Assembly (NCBI GenBank): GCA_964591795.1
Contig: CAZQEL010000004.1
Span: 16,805 to 48,804 of the forward strand
Direction of reading: 5' to 3'
Length of the DNA: 32,000 nt
DNA from: an uncultured archaeon
Lineage (GTDB): Archaea > Iainarchaeota > Iainarchaeia > Iainarchaeales > CSSED10-239
Positions 24,192 through 32,000 of the stretch are shown here, in pieces (positions within the stretch are counted from its first letter, which is position 1; each line of letters begins with the position of its first letter). A model generated the notes under the pieces. The model was not told the origin of the DNA. It searched no databases and saw only the letters and a program-made list of their open reading frames with translations. Position numbers and translations under genes: made by a program.

Positions 24192-24710
24192 TTATTCTTT
24201 TTTTATTATTATTATGTTTTTTTTCCAAGTTCTTTTTTTCCCAGTATTATTTAATTTAATTAAATTAATATCAGTTAATGTTTTTAAATATGGATAAAGA
24301 CTTTTTTCATTTGAATATTCTATATTAAAATTTAATTTAATATTATGTCTTATTTCATCCATTGTTACCCATTTATCAGATGGTATTGAATTGATAATAT
24401 GTTCTGCTTGAGTATTTTCTTTTATTTTTAAAAACTCCCAAATTGTATGTAATTGATTTGTTATGATTTTTTTTACATCAATAGTTTGTGTTGTATCTTC
24501 TATAATATTGTTTTTTGTATTAAGATATTTTAATTTGAGTATTCTTTCTTCTTCTAAATAATTTCCAGTTATGTTGTTATTTTCTACTGTTAAATTAGTA
24601 TTATTCAGTTTAGTTTCTGTTGGTTCAATTTTAAGATCTACTTTAGATAATTTTGAATTTAATTTTTTATTTTTAATAAAAAAACTTTTTATAAATTTTA
24701 ATAATCCCAT
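24192..24710 (-). CDS. Hypothetical protein with a probable C-terminal winged-helix DNA-binding domain
   Basis: ATG at 24710. The N-terminal half is low complexity (Asn/Lys/Thr). The C-terminus WVTMDEIRHNIKLNF....SLYPYLKTLTDINLIKLNNTGKKRTWKK looks like helix-turn-helix plus a beta-wing. It is convergent with the preceding gene (4-nt gap). Its upstream region is the GTAATTAC palindrome array. Confidence 0.5.
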   Translation of the reverse strand: MGLLKFIKSFFIKNKKLNSKLSKVDLKIEPTETKLNNTNLTVENNNITGNYLEEERILKLKYLNTKNNIIEDTTQTIDVKKIITNQLHTIWEFLKIKENTQAEHIINSIPSDKWVTMDEIRHNIKLNFNIEYSNEKSLYPYLKTLTDINLIKLNNTGKKRTWKKNIIIIKKE

Positions 24711-24717
24711 ATAATAA

Positions 24718-25146
24718 GTAATTACCGTAATGATTTTAAATCTTTTGGTAATTACAGTAATTATATAGTTAATTTTGTGGTAATTACAGTAATTATATAG
24801 ATTTTTAATATAATTTTTGTTGATAATTTTATTATAAGTTAATTTATTAATTTATTTCTTATTAAATTTATGTAGCTTGTAATGAAATTTTTAATAAAAT
24901 AAATAAATTTTAATAAATTAGTTGGTAATTACCAATATTTTAGTTAGTAATTACTATGTTTTTATAGTTTATTTTTTATTTAATTTGAAAATTAGTGTTT
25001 TTAAGTTGTTTAAAGTGATTTTTACACTTTAAATTTAATTTAATGGCCTTTTATATATTTTAAGCCTTAATATTTTAATTATTAGTAATTACTTTATTAG
25101 TCCAAGTTTAGTTGTATTTTATTTAATTAATAATGGTAATTACCAT
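24718..25146. repeat. Array of seven GTAATTAC palindromic sites (putative protein-binding iterons or operators)
   Basis: Exact GTAATTAC starts at 24718, 24748, 24780, 24925, 24947, 25085 and 25136. Extended perfect palindromes are TTGGTAATTACCAA (24922-24935), TAGTAATTACTA (24945-24956), AGTAATTACT (25084-25093) and ATGGTAATTACCAT (25133-25146). A perfect 23-bp direct repeat TGGTAATTACAGTAATTATATAG occurs at 24746-24768 and 24778-24800. Confidence 0.85.
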
Positions 25147-25170
25147 ATTTTATTTAAAATAAGTATTTAT

Positions 25171-25244
<74 letters not shown>

Positions 25245-25332
25245 ATTTTTGTAAGTATTTGTTTTAAGTAAAAATAGTTAGTAATATATATTTTAATAAA
25301 CCAAAATATATATAAACCTATTTAAACTAATT

Positions 25333-25905
25333 TTATCCACAAACAAATCCCTTTGTATTATCAGTAATTTTAGTTATTATAATTTCTAGTTTTTTGATAT
25401 TTTCTTCAATTTTTCTTTTTTCTTTTTTAAGTTTAATTATTCTTTTTTTAACATTTACCATTTCTAAATTAGTACTACAATTTGGACATTTAAAGTTATA
25501 AGCTGCAGCAACTTCAAATGCGACTTCCACATTACATTTTTTAGGACAATAAAAATAATCATGACCTTCTTTTTGTGTTAAATCATATTCTATTTTTTTA
25601 TATTTTTTCATTTCTTGTATTAATAAAATATCAATAATTTTTTTATATTTAATTTCCCAAATAAATTCATACATGTTATTTTCATTTCTTTTTTTCTTAT
25701 AACATGCAATACCTCTAAAGTGTAAACTATTTAATGTGGCTCTTACAATTGTAATTTTTTCTTTTAATTTTTTTGAAATGTCTTCTGGAGATAATCCATT
25801 GTTATTGAATAACTTAACAACATTAATTGCCATCGGTCCTGCAATCTGTTCTAAAAAATTGATTGTAGTTTTGTCTGATAATAATTCTTTTTTAAGTTTA
25901 TTCAT
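25333..25905 (-). CDS. tfe: Transcription factor E (TFE, TFIIE-alpha homologue)
   Basis: The N-terminal winged helix is FLEQIAGPMAINVVKLF...ISKKLKEKITIVRATLNSLHFRGIACYKK...YEFIWEI. The Zn ribbon is YFYCPKKC...FKCPNCSTNLE. The ATG at 25905 is preceded by GGAGAGTGAT; the ORF-track start at 25917 is GTG inside that SD. Confidence 0.8.
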   Translation of the reverse strand: MNKLKKELLSDKTTINFLEQIAGPMAINVVKLFNNNGLSPEDISKKLKEKITIVRATLNSLHFRGIACYKKKRNENNMYEFIWEIKYKKIIDILLIQEMKKYKKIEYDLTQKEGHDYFYCPKKCNVEVAFEVAAAYNFKCPNCSTNLEMVNVKKRIIKLKKEKRKIEENIKKLEIIITKITDNTKGFVCG

Positions 25906-25945
25906 AAATAACATCACTCTCCTATAGTAATATTATGTTACAAAA

Positions 25946-26473
25946 CTATTTTAAGGAGATAACTTTCTTTCCTTTATTGCAAGGATCAATTTTTATTTTT
26001 GTATTTTTAAAAGAATCAGTAAATAATGCATCTGGATTTAAATAATTTAAAATAATAGCTAGTGCTGCTACTTCACTATGGGGTTGATTTGTAACTGATA
26101 GATTGTAATTTGCATTTTCATAATAAAAATTTTCAACTTTTGGACCACCAACAATAATTAATAGATTTATTTGTTTTTTATGTTCTTTAATAATTTCATT
26201 TATTTTATTTATTATTTTTATACCATACATAGTTAAATGAATTTTTATACCTTTAAAATTAGTAACAATTTCTTGTGGTTCTGTAGTATAAATTGTTTTG
26301 AATTTACCGCCCCATTGTTTGTTTATTTCAATCACACTTTTTTCAAAATGGTCATCTTCAATTCCAGAATAATAAAATCTGTTTGCTCCAAAAGCTCTTG
26401 AAACTAAAGCACAATGAGTTGTAATTCTTTTATCTCTAAAAGGACGATGATCTAATTTTAATATATATATCAT
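25946..26473 (-). CDS. trm56: tRNA (cytidine56-2'-O)-methyltransferase, aTrm56 (SPOUT family)
   Basis: The N-terminus MIYILKLDHRPFRDKRITTHCALVSRAFGA matches the highly conserved aTrm56 signature (LRLGHRxxRDKRxTTHVxLxARAFGA). The size (~175 aa) fits. The ORF-track start at 26482 is TTG. Confidence 0.8.
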   Translation of the reverse strand: MIYILKLDHRPFRDKRITTHCALVSRAFGANRFYYSGIEDDHFEKSVIEINKQWGGKFKTIYTTEPQEIVTNFKGIKIHLTMYGIKIINKINEIIKEHKKQINLLIIVGGPKVENFYYENANYNLSVTNQPHSEVAALAIILNYLNPDALFTDSFKNTKIKIDPCNKGKKVISLK

Positions 26474-26565
26474 GTTTTTCAAATTTTTAATTTATGTTTA
26501 CTTAACATTTAAAATAGAAATTATTTATAAATGTTTAGCTTGTATAATATATATACAATATTATC

Positions 26566-26575
26566 TTTTTATATA
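26566..26575 (+). promoter_or_regulatory. TATA box candidate for the tRNA cluster
   Basis: TTTTTATATA lies 25-34 nt upstream of the first tRNA nucleotide (26600), the usual archaeal TATA-to-start distance. Confidence 0.35.
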
Positions 26576-26599
26576 TTGATTTTATATTTAGATTTTATT

Positions 26600-26673
26600 G
26601 GATCCGTAGCTCAGTCTGGCAGAGCACTGGACTTTTAATCCAGGTGCCGCGGGTTCAAATCCCGCCGGATTCA
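26600..26673 (+). tRNA. tRNA-Lys (TTT)
   Basis: Cloverleaf: acceptor GGATCCG/CGGATTC (one G-U), D-arm GCTC..GAGC, anticodon arm CTGGA-CTTTTAA-TCCAG and T-arm GCGGG-TTCAAAT-CCCGC. It is 74 nt. Confidence 0.9.
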
Positions 26674-26700
26674 CTTTCAATTATTTTTTAGATTCAAAGA

Positions 26701-26775
26701 GGGCTCGTAGCTCAGCCTGGTTAGAGCACTGGACTCTTAATCCAGGTGTCGTGGGTTCAAATCCCATCGAGCTCA
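26701..26775 (+). tRNA. tRNA-Lys (CTT)
   Basis: Cloverleaf: acceptor GGGCTCG/CGAGCTC, anticodon arm CTGGA-CTCTTAA-TCCAG and T-arm GTGGG-TTCAAAT-CCCAT. It is 75 nt. Confidence 0.9.
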
Positions 26776-26793
26776 TAATTTTTAAAAAATATT

Positions 26794-26867
26794 GGGTCCG
26801 TAGCTCAGTCTGGGAGAGCAATAGGCTGAAGACCTATGTGTCGTGGGTTCAAATCCCACCGGAGCCA
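26794..26867 (+). tRNA. tRNA-Phe (GAA)
   Basis: Cloverleaf: anticodon arm ATAGG-CTGAAGA-CCTAT and T-arm GTGGG-TTCAAAT-CCCAC. The acceptor GGGTCCG/CGGAGCC carries a G3-G70 mismatch. It is 74 nt. Confidence 0.85.
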
Positions 26868-26947
26868 TTTTTTCTTTTTTTAATTTAATTTAATTTATTT
26901 TGTAAAATAAATCCTATTTTTAAGTATTATCTTTTATATATTATATT

Positions 26948-29371
26948 ATGGTTGAAAAAAATTATACACCTATGATGCGACAGTATGTCGAGACTAAAAA
27001 AAAATATCCTGAAGGTATATTATTATTTAGAGCTGGTGATTTTTATGAAATGTTTTATGATGATGCTAAAGAAGCAGCACATATATTAAATATAACTCTA
27101 ACTAAGCGTGGTAAGGGTGAAACAGAAGCACCTTTAGCTGGTGTACCTTATCATTCAATTGATCCTTATATTTCTAAACTTGTTAAAGCTGGGAAAAAAG
27201 TTGTAATTTGTGATCAAATAGAAGACCCTCGTCTTGCGAAAGGATTAGTAAAAAGAGGAGTGACACGAATTATAACACCAAGCACCTTTTTTACAGATGC
27301 TTATGATAACAACTACTTGTGTTCTATAGCCTACCATAAAGAAAAATACGGGTTTTCACTTGTTGATATAACCACTGGTGATTTTAAAATTACTTCTTTT
27401 TCAGATCTTTCATCTCTTTTAAATGAACTTATATTAAATAAGCCAAAAGAGTTGTTATTAACTAAAAATCTTCTAAAAGATATTAGTGTAATTGATAATT
27501 TAAAAAAATCAATACCTAATACAATTATAAATTACACAGATAATACAGATGTAATAACATCTTATAATCAATTATTAGATCATTTTAATTTAAGATCATT
27601 AACTATATTTGGAATAGAAAGTTTTAACTCTAATCAAGAAGTTATTTTATCTGCAAGTAATGCTTTAAAATATTTGACTGACACCCAATTTTCTGATTTA
27701 AAATATATTAATAAAATTAAAGAATATTCTGTAAATAAATATTTAAAATTAGATAGAAAAACAGTGCGTAATTTAGAGCTTGTGTCTAATTTAAATGATT
27801 TTACAGTTAAACAAAGTTTATTTCATTTAATTAATAAGACAAAAACACCTTTGGGTCATAGAAAATTATATTTTGATATATTACATCCAATATTAGATAA
27901 ATCTAAATTAAATTTAATTTATGATTCTGTCCAAGAATTGATGGATGTACCCTATTTACTTCAAGAGTTAGCTATTCAGTTGGCGTACGTAGGAGATATT
28001 GAAAGAATAATTAGTAAAATAGGATTTGGAAATGCAAATCCACGAGATTTAATTGCATTAAAGCAAAGTTTGTCTGTTTTACCTAAAATAAAAACTATTT
28101 TGTCAGAAGCCAATTCTACTAATTTAAATTTAATTAATACTAATTTGTTATCTCTTAATAATTTATATAATTTAATAAATAATGCTATAGTTGATGAACC
28201 TCCATTTAGTGTTAGAGATGGTAAATTTATTAAACCAAGTTTTTCAAAAGATTTAAATGAGTTGGTGCATACTCACCAAACCATTAATTCATGGATTTTA
28301 GAATTTGAAGCAAAATTAAAAAATGAAACAAATATCAAATCCTTAAAAATTAAATTTAATAAAATATTTGGGTACTATATAGAAATTTCTAAAGCTCAAG
28401 CATCAACAGTTCCAGATTATTTTGAAAGAAAGCAAACATTAGTTAACGCTGAAAGATTTACAACAAAAGAGTTATCTGAAAAAGAAGATATTGTGCTTAA
28501 TGCAAAAGAAATGAGAATTAATTTAGAATATAAATTATTTCTAGATGTTTGTGCTGAAATAAGTAAATTTAAAGAAGATCTTTATGTGGTTTCTGGTTTA
28601 ATTGCTGAATTAGATGTATATTTTGCATTTGCATTAGTTTCAAATAATTATAATTATATTCGGCCAGTTTTAAATGATTCAGATAAATTGTATTTTAAGG
28701 ATTTAAGGCATCCTATTATTGAAAAAGTAGTTGATTTTATACCTAATGATTGTAATTTGTCTAAAGATATACAAACAATGATTATTACAGGGCCTAATAT
28801 GTCTGGTAAGAGTAGTTATATGCGGAGTGTGTGTTTAGCCATTATTCTTGGACACACAGGTTGTTTTGTTCCTGCATCAGAAGCAGAAATAGGTAAAGTT
28901 GATGGTGTATTTACAAGAGTTGGTGCTTCAGATGATATTGTGCATGGACAAAGTACTTTTTTAGTAGAAATGTCTGAGGTTGCATATATTATTAATAATT
29001 GTACTCAAAATAGTTTTGTTATTTTAGATGAAGTAGGACGAGGAACAAGTACTTTTGATGGGTTAAGTTTAGCCTGGTCAATTATAGATTATTTAAATAA
29101 TGTTATTATGTGTAAAACTTTGGTTGCAACTCATTATCATTTATTAAATAATTTAGAAAATATTTTTCCAACTATTAAAAATTATCATGTTACTGCAAAA
29201 GAAGAAAATAATAATTTATTATTCTTTCATAAATTAAGAGAGGGTGGAATAAATAAAAGTTATGGTATTCAAGTTGCAAAAATTGCGGGTCTTCCAAAAG
29301 AACTAATAAATAAAGCTTTGTTAATTCAGAAAGATTTAGAGGAAGATAATTTTTTAAAATCAAAAAAATAA
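26948..29371 (+). CDS. mutS: DNA mismatch repair protein MutS (bacterial MutS1 type)
   Basis: The N-terminus TPMMRQYVETKKKYPEGILLFRAGDFYEMFYDDA contains the mismatch-binding F-x-E motif. Walker A is TGPNMSGKSSYMR and Walker B is FVILDEVGRGTST. STFLVEM and the HTH-like C-terminal region are also present. Confidence 0.92.
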   Translation: MVEKNYTPMMRQYVETKKKYPEGILLFRAGDFYEMFYDDAKEAAHILNITLTKRGKGETEAPLAGVPYHSIDPYISKLVKAGKKVVICDQIEDPRLAKGLVKRGVTRIITPSTFFTDAYDNNYLCSIAYHKEKYGFSLVDITTGDFKITSFSDLSSLLNELILNKPKELLLTKNLLKDISVIDNLKKSIPNTIINYTDNTDVITSYNQLLDHFNLRSLTIFGIESFNSNQEVILSASNALKYLTDTQFSDLKYINKIKEYSVNKYLKLDRKTVRNLELVSNLNDFTVKQSLFHLINKTKTPLGHRKLYFDILHPILDKSKLNLIYDSVQELMDVPYLLQELAIQLAYVGDIERIISKIGFGNANPRDLIALKQSLSVLPKIKTILSEANSTNLNLINTNLLSLNNLYNLINNAIVDEPPFSVRDGKFIKPSFSKDLNELVHTHQTINSWILEFEAKLKNETNIKSLKIKFNKIFGYYIEISKAQASTVPDYFERKQTLVNAERFTTKELSEKEDIVLNAKEMRINLEYKLFLDVCAEISKFKEDLYVVSGLIAELDVYFAFALVSNNYNYIRPVLNDSDKLYFKDLRHPIIEKVVDFIPNDCNLSKDIQTMIITGPNMSGKSSYMRSVCLAIILGHTGCFVPASEAEIGKVDGVFTRVGASDDIVHGQSTFLVEMSEVAYIINNCTQNSFVILDEVGRGTSTFDGLSLAWSIIDYLNNVIMCKTLVATHYHLLNNLENIFPTIKNYHVTAKEENNNLLFFHKLREGGINKSYGIQVAKIAGLPKELINKALLIQKDLEEDNFLKSKK

Positions 29372-29411
29372 TTCTATTATAAACTAAACAATTTTATTCA
29401 TGTGATTTGTT

Positions 29412-31151
29412 ATGAAAATAAAAAAACTATCTAAAGAAACTATTAATTTAATTAGTGCTGGAGAAGTAATTGACGGCCCTTCTGATGTTTTAAAAGAATT
29501 GATTGAAAACTCAGTTGATGCTAAGGCGACAGAAATTCTTATTGAAGTAAAAAACTCTGGAATTGATTTAATTAATATTAAAGATAATGGAGTTGGAATT
29601 TTAAAAGAAGATCTTAAAGTCTGTTTAGAAAAATATACTACTAGTAAACTTGAAACAATAGATGATTTATACTCTTTAGATAGTTTTGGGTTTAGAGGTG
29701 AGGCACTATCTACTATAGATGCAGTATCTAAGTTAAAAATAATTTCTTCTACTAATAAAGATGGTAGTGGATTTGTTTTAGAATATAATAATATTTCTGA
29801 AATTTCAGCATCTCAAGGTACAAATATTATTATTGAAGATTTATTTTATAATGTGCCTGTAAGAAAGAAGTTTTTAAAATCAACAAGTTCTGAATTTTCA
29901 AAAATTTATGAGGTTTTCCTTGCTAATGTTTTATTAAACCCAGATATTACTTTTAAATTTATTTCTGAAAAGAAAAATGTTGTTTTTTCAAAAACTACAT
30001 TAGAAAATCGTTATATTCAAATTTATGGGTCTAATATTACATCTAAAACCGTGCCTATTAATGTAAATAATGATTTTTTCACTTTAACAGGTATTTTAAC
30101 TAATCCAACTAATTCAATTTATTTGTCAACAAATTTTTTATTTATTAATAAAAGATTTGTATTTTCACCTCAAATTTATAAAACAATTACTTCTGCTTAT
30201 AAAGATTATTTGATGATTCAACAAAAACCTTTTTTTATATTATTTATTACTTTAAACTCTAATACTATTGATGTAAATGTGCATCCTAAAAAAAGAGTTG
30301 TTAAACTTCAAAATGAGATGTTATTTTTAATTGAATTAAAAAAAGAACTATCTAAAATTTTAGATGGATTTTTAGGTAAGAGTTTACCTGTTACAAATTA
30401 TAATTCTTTAAGTGATTTTGTATCATTTAACAAATCTATTACTTATAATTCTACAGAAAGTACAAATAATTTTAAATCAAATGGTGCTACAGAATTTATA
30501 AATAAATCTCAAAAAAACTTATTTGCAGATGCTGAATTTAAAAATAATTTTTCAGGAATAAATAAAATTAATTTATTTGAATTTGAATTATCGAAGATAC
30601 TTGGTCAAATAAATAATACATTCATTGTTTGTGAAACAAAGGATGGTATGTTGCTTGTAGATCAGCATGCAGCAGATGAAAGAATAAACCTTGAAAAAAA
30701 CAGAAAACAATATGATTTCGTTGAAAAGCAAAGTTTAATTTCTGAAATTTTATTAGATGGTTTATCAGAAAGATATATAGAAATATTAAATAATAAACCA
30801 AACATTTTTGAAAAAATAGGATTTTCATATATTTTTAAAAATAATAATTTTTATTTAAAATCAATTCCTTTATTTTTAAATAGATATTTTGATAAAAATG
30901 TATTTGTAAATATTTTAAAAGATATAGATGAAGGAACCGATGATGTTTTGAAATTAAAAGATAATTTATTAAAATTAAAATCTTGTAAAGAATCAATTAA
31001 AGGAAACCAATTACTTTCTTTTACTGAACAAGTAAATTTAATTAGAAAATTAAATGAGTGTTCTGATAAAGGTATTTGTGCACACGGTCGACCAACAATA
31101 ATATTTGTTTCAATAAAAGATTTAGAAAAAGGGTTTAAAAGGATTGTTTAA
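29412..31151 (+). CDS. mutL: DNA mismatch repair protein MutL, endonuclease-proficient type
   Basis: The GHKL ATPase N-terminus has ISAGEVIDGPSDVLKELIENSVDA, DNGVGI and GFRGEAL. The C-terminal endonuclease motifs are DQHAADERINLE (DQHAx2Ex4E), SCK (LKSCKESIKG) and CAHGRPT. GTGAT lies 5 nt upstream of the ATG. Confidence 0.9.
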   Translation: MKIKKLSKETINLISAGEVIDGPSDVLKELIENSVDAKATEILIEVKNSGIDLINIKDNGVGILKEDLKVCLEKYTTSKLETIDDLYSLDSFGFRGEALSTIDAVSKLKIISSTNKDGSGFVLEYNNISEISASQGTNIIIEDLFYNVPVRKKFLKSTSSEFSKIYEVFLANVLLNPDITFKFISEKKNVVFSKTTLENRYIQIYGSNITSKTVPINVNNDFFTLTGILTNPTNSIYLSTNFLFINKRFVFSPQIYKTITSAYKDYLMIQQKPFFILFITLNSNTIDVNVHPKKRVVKLQNEMLFLIELKKELSKILDGFLGKSLPVTNYNSLSDFVSFNKSITYNSTESTNNFKSNGATEFINKSQKNLFADAEFKNNFSGINKINLFEFELSKILGQINNTFIVCETKDGMLLVDQHAADERINLEKNRKQYDFVEKQSLISEILLDGLSERYIEILNNKPNIFEKIGFSYIFKNNNFYLKSIPLFLNRYFDKNVFVNILKDIDEGTDDVLKLKDNLLKLKSCKESIKGNQLLSFTEQVNLIRKLNECSDKGICAHGRPTIIFVSIKDLEKGFKRIV

Positions 31152-32000
31152 ATTTTAACAATCCATACAAATAAAATTATTGTAATAATTATTAATATTG
31201 TAATTGCTGTATTTTCAGAAGAATCTTTGTTTTGAGCATCTATAGTAATTATTTGAGAACCAATTTTTTTATTATTGTTGTTCATGGTATAATCTAAATT
31301 AAAATTCAACCCATATTGTCCTTCTTTAAATGTTTTTATTTTAAATGGTATTTCAATAACATCCTTTGGGGTTAATTCATTTATTTTATTATCTGACATT
31401 AAAATTTCGCCTACAAAATTAGGTGAAATGTATATATTTTTAATTGTATTTTCAGATGTATTTCTAATAATTAAATTTCCAGTTAAATAATTATCTGGAA
31501 TTACTGTTTTAGAAATATCTGTATGCACATTTAATGCAGATTCTTGTTCAATAATATTTATGATTTTATTATTTAAATTTTTAATGTGTTCTACACCAAA
31601 CCTATCTGTAAATTTAACTTTTGCATAGGGTGTAGAAAACGATGTGTTCAAATCTGTTTTTACATAATAATTAAGTGTGATTGTTTGTTGTGCATTTAAT
31701 ATTCCTTTATAAGAAGTTTCTCCAGAAACATTTTCTAAATTTGAATTATATATAAATCGTTCAGAAGCATTAGACAATTCAATATAAATATAATCATAAC
31801 CACTATTTCTTATAAATAATTTAATAGGAATCATTGTATTTGTGTAACCATATGTTGGTGTTTCTTCATAAAAATCAGCATCACTAATTTCTGCAACATA
31901 ATAATTACCTAATATACTGTTTTCTGAAATAATCATTCTTGGTAAAAAATTATTTTCAACACAAATTTCTAGATTATTAATTTTTTTAATATTTGTTAAT
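31148..32000 (-). CDS. Cell-surface protein with a C-terminal TM anchor (beta-rich, CARDB/S-layer-domain-like), 5' end outside the window
   Basis: The frame stays open upstream of the ORF-track Met (31936) to the window end (...LTNIKKINNLEICVENNFLPRMIISEN), so the gene is probably longer. The sequence is a repetitive beta-strand-like pattern ending in TAITILIIITIILFVWIVKI. Its stop overlaps the mutL stop in the tetranucleotide TTAA (31148-31151). Confidence 0.55.
   Translation of the reverse strand, partial: LTNIKKINNLEICVENNFLPRMIISENSILGNYYVAEISDADFYEETPTYGYTNTMIPIKLFIRNSGYDYIYIELSNASERFIYNSNLENVSGETSYKGILNAQQTITLNYYVKTDLNTSFSTPYAKVKFTDRFGVEHIKNLNNKIINIIEQESALNVHTDISKTVIPDNYLTGNLIIRNTSENTIKNIYISPNFVGEILMSDNKINELTPKDVIEIPFKIKTFKEGQYGLNFNLDYTMNNNNKKIGSQIITIDAQNKDSSENTAITILIIITIILFVWIVKI

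Noticed and set aside
24746-24800. Possible CRISPR array (two 23-bp direct repeats)
   Set aside because: There are only two copies, separated by a 9-bp spacer. The repeat is built from the GTAATTAC palindrome also found as single sites nearby. No cas genes are in the window.
24711-25170. Chromosomal replication origin (oriC)
   Set aside because: No orc1/cdc6 gene is adjacent. The repeated motif does not resemble the ORB or mini-ORB elements I know, which are longer and contain a G-string. An origin of an integrated element remains possible and is covered in the findings.
29311-29371. PCNA- or clamp-binding motif at the MutS C-terminus (LIQKDLEEDNFLKSKK)
   Set aside because: The spacing does not fit either QxxLxxFF (PIP box) or the bacterial QxxLxF clamp motif. 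It is only a superficial resemblance.
31148-31151. 4-nt overlap (TTAA) of the convergent mutL and surface-protein stop codons
   Set aside because: This is a simple consequence of genome compaction. The palindromic TTAA encodes TAA on both strands, and no further structure is evident.

Overview
Very AT-rich archaeal chromosome segment (by eye about a quarter G+C) with tightly packed genes, consistent with a small DPANN-type genome. Archaeal hallmarks are RFC small subunit, TFE, aTrm56, Cdc48, an A1:U72 initiator tRNA and class III signal peptide pilins. 1-10286 (minus strand) is one co-directional string of 15 genes: rfcS, then a complete EppA/Epd-type (Tad-like) type IV pilus locus (ATPase, split TadB/TadC-like platform, six Gln+1 prepilins, enlarged prepilin peptidase), then three tightly coupled membrane proteins (4-TM protein, membrane-anchored OB fold, TctA/DUF112-like permease). 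10.5-21.5 kb is housekeeping: MtaB-like methylthiotransferase, Lrp/AsnC, TopA, Cdc48, and a cobO-nrdJ-dut operon. 21.7-25.2 kb looks accessory: a decayed HIT gene, a Xer-type tyrosine recombinase, a PRC-barrel gene bracketed by a GC-rich inverted repeat, two orphan genes, and a 430-bp non-coding array of seven GTAATTAC palindromes abutting tRNA-iMet. The rest holds tfe, trm56, a tRNA-Lys/Lys/Phe cluster, bacterial-type mutS-mutL and a partial surface protein. Several ORF-track starts are TTG/GTG artefacts. I moved them to a downstream ATG, most of which have a GGTGA/GGAGG Shine-Dalgarno upstream. All family calls rest on motif recognition by eye; no searches were run.
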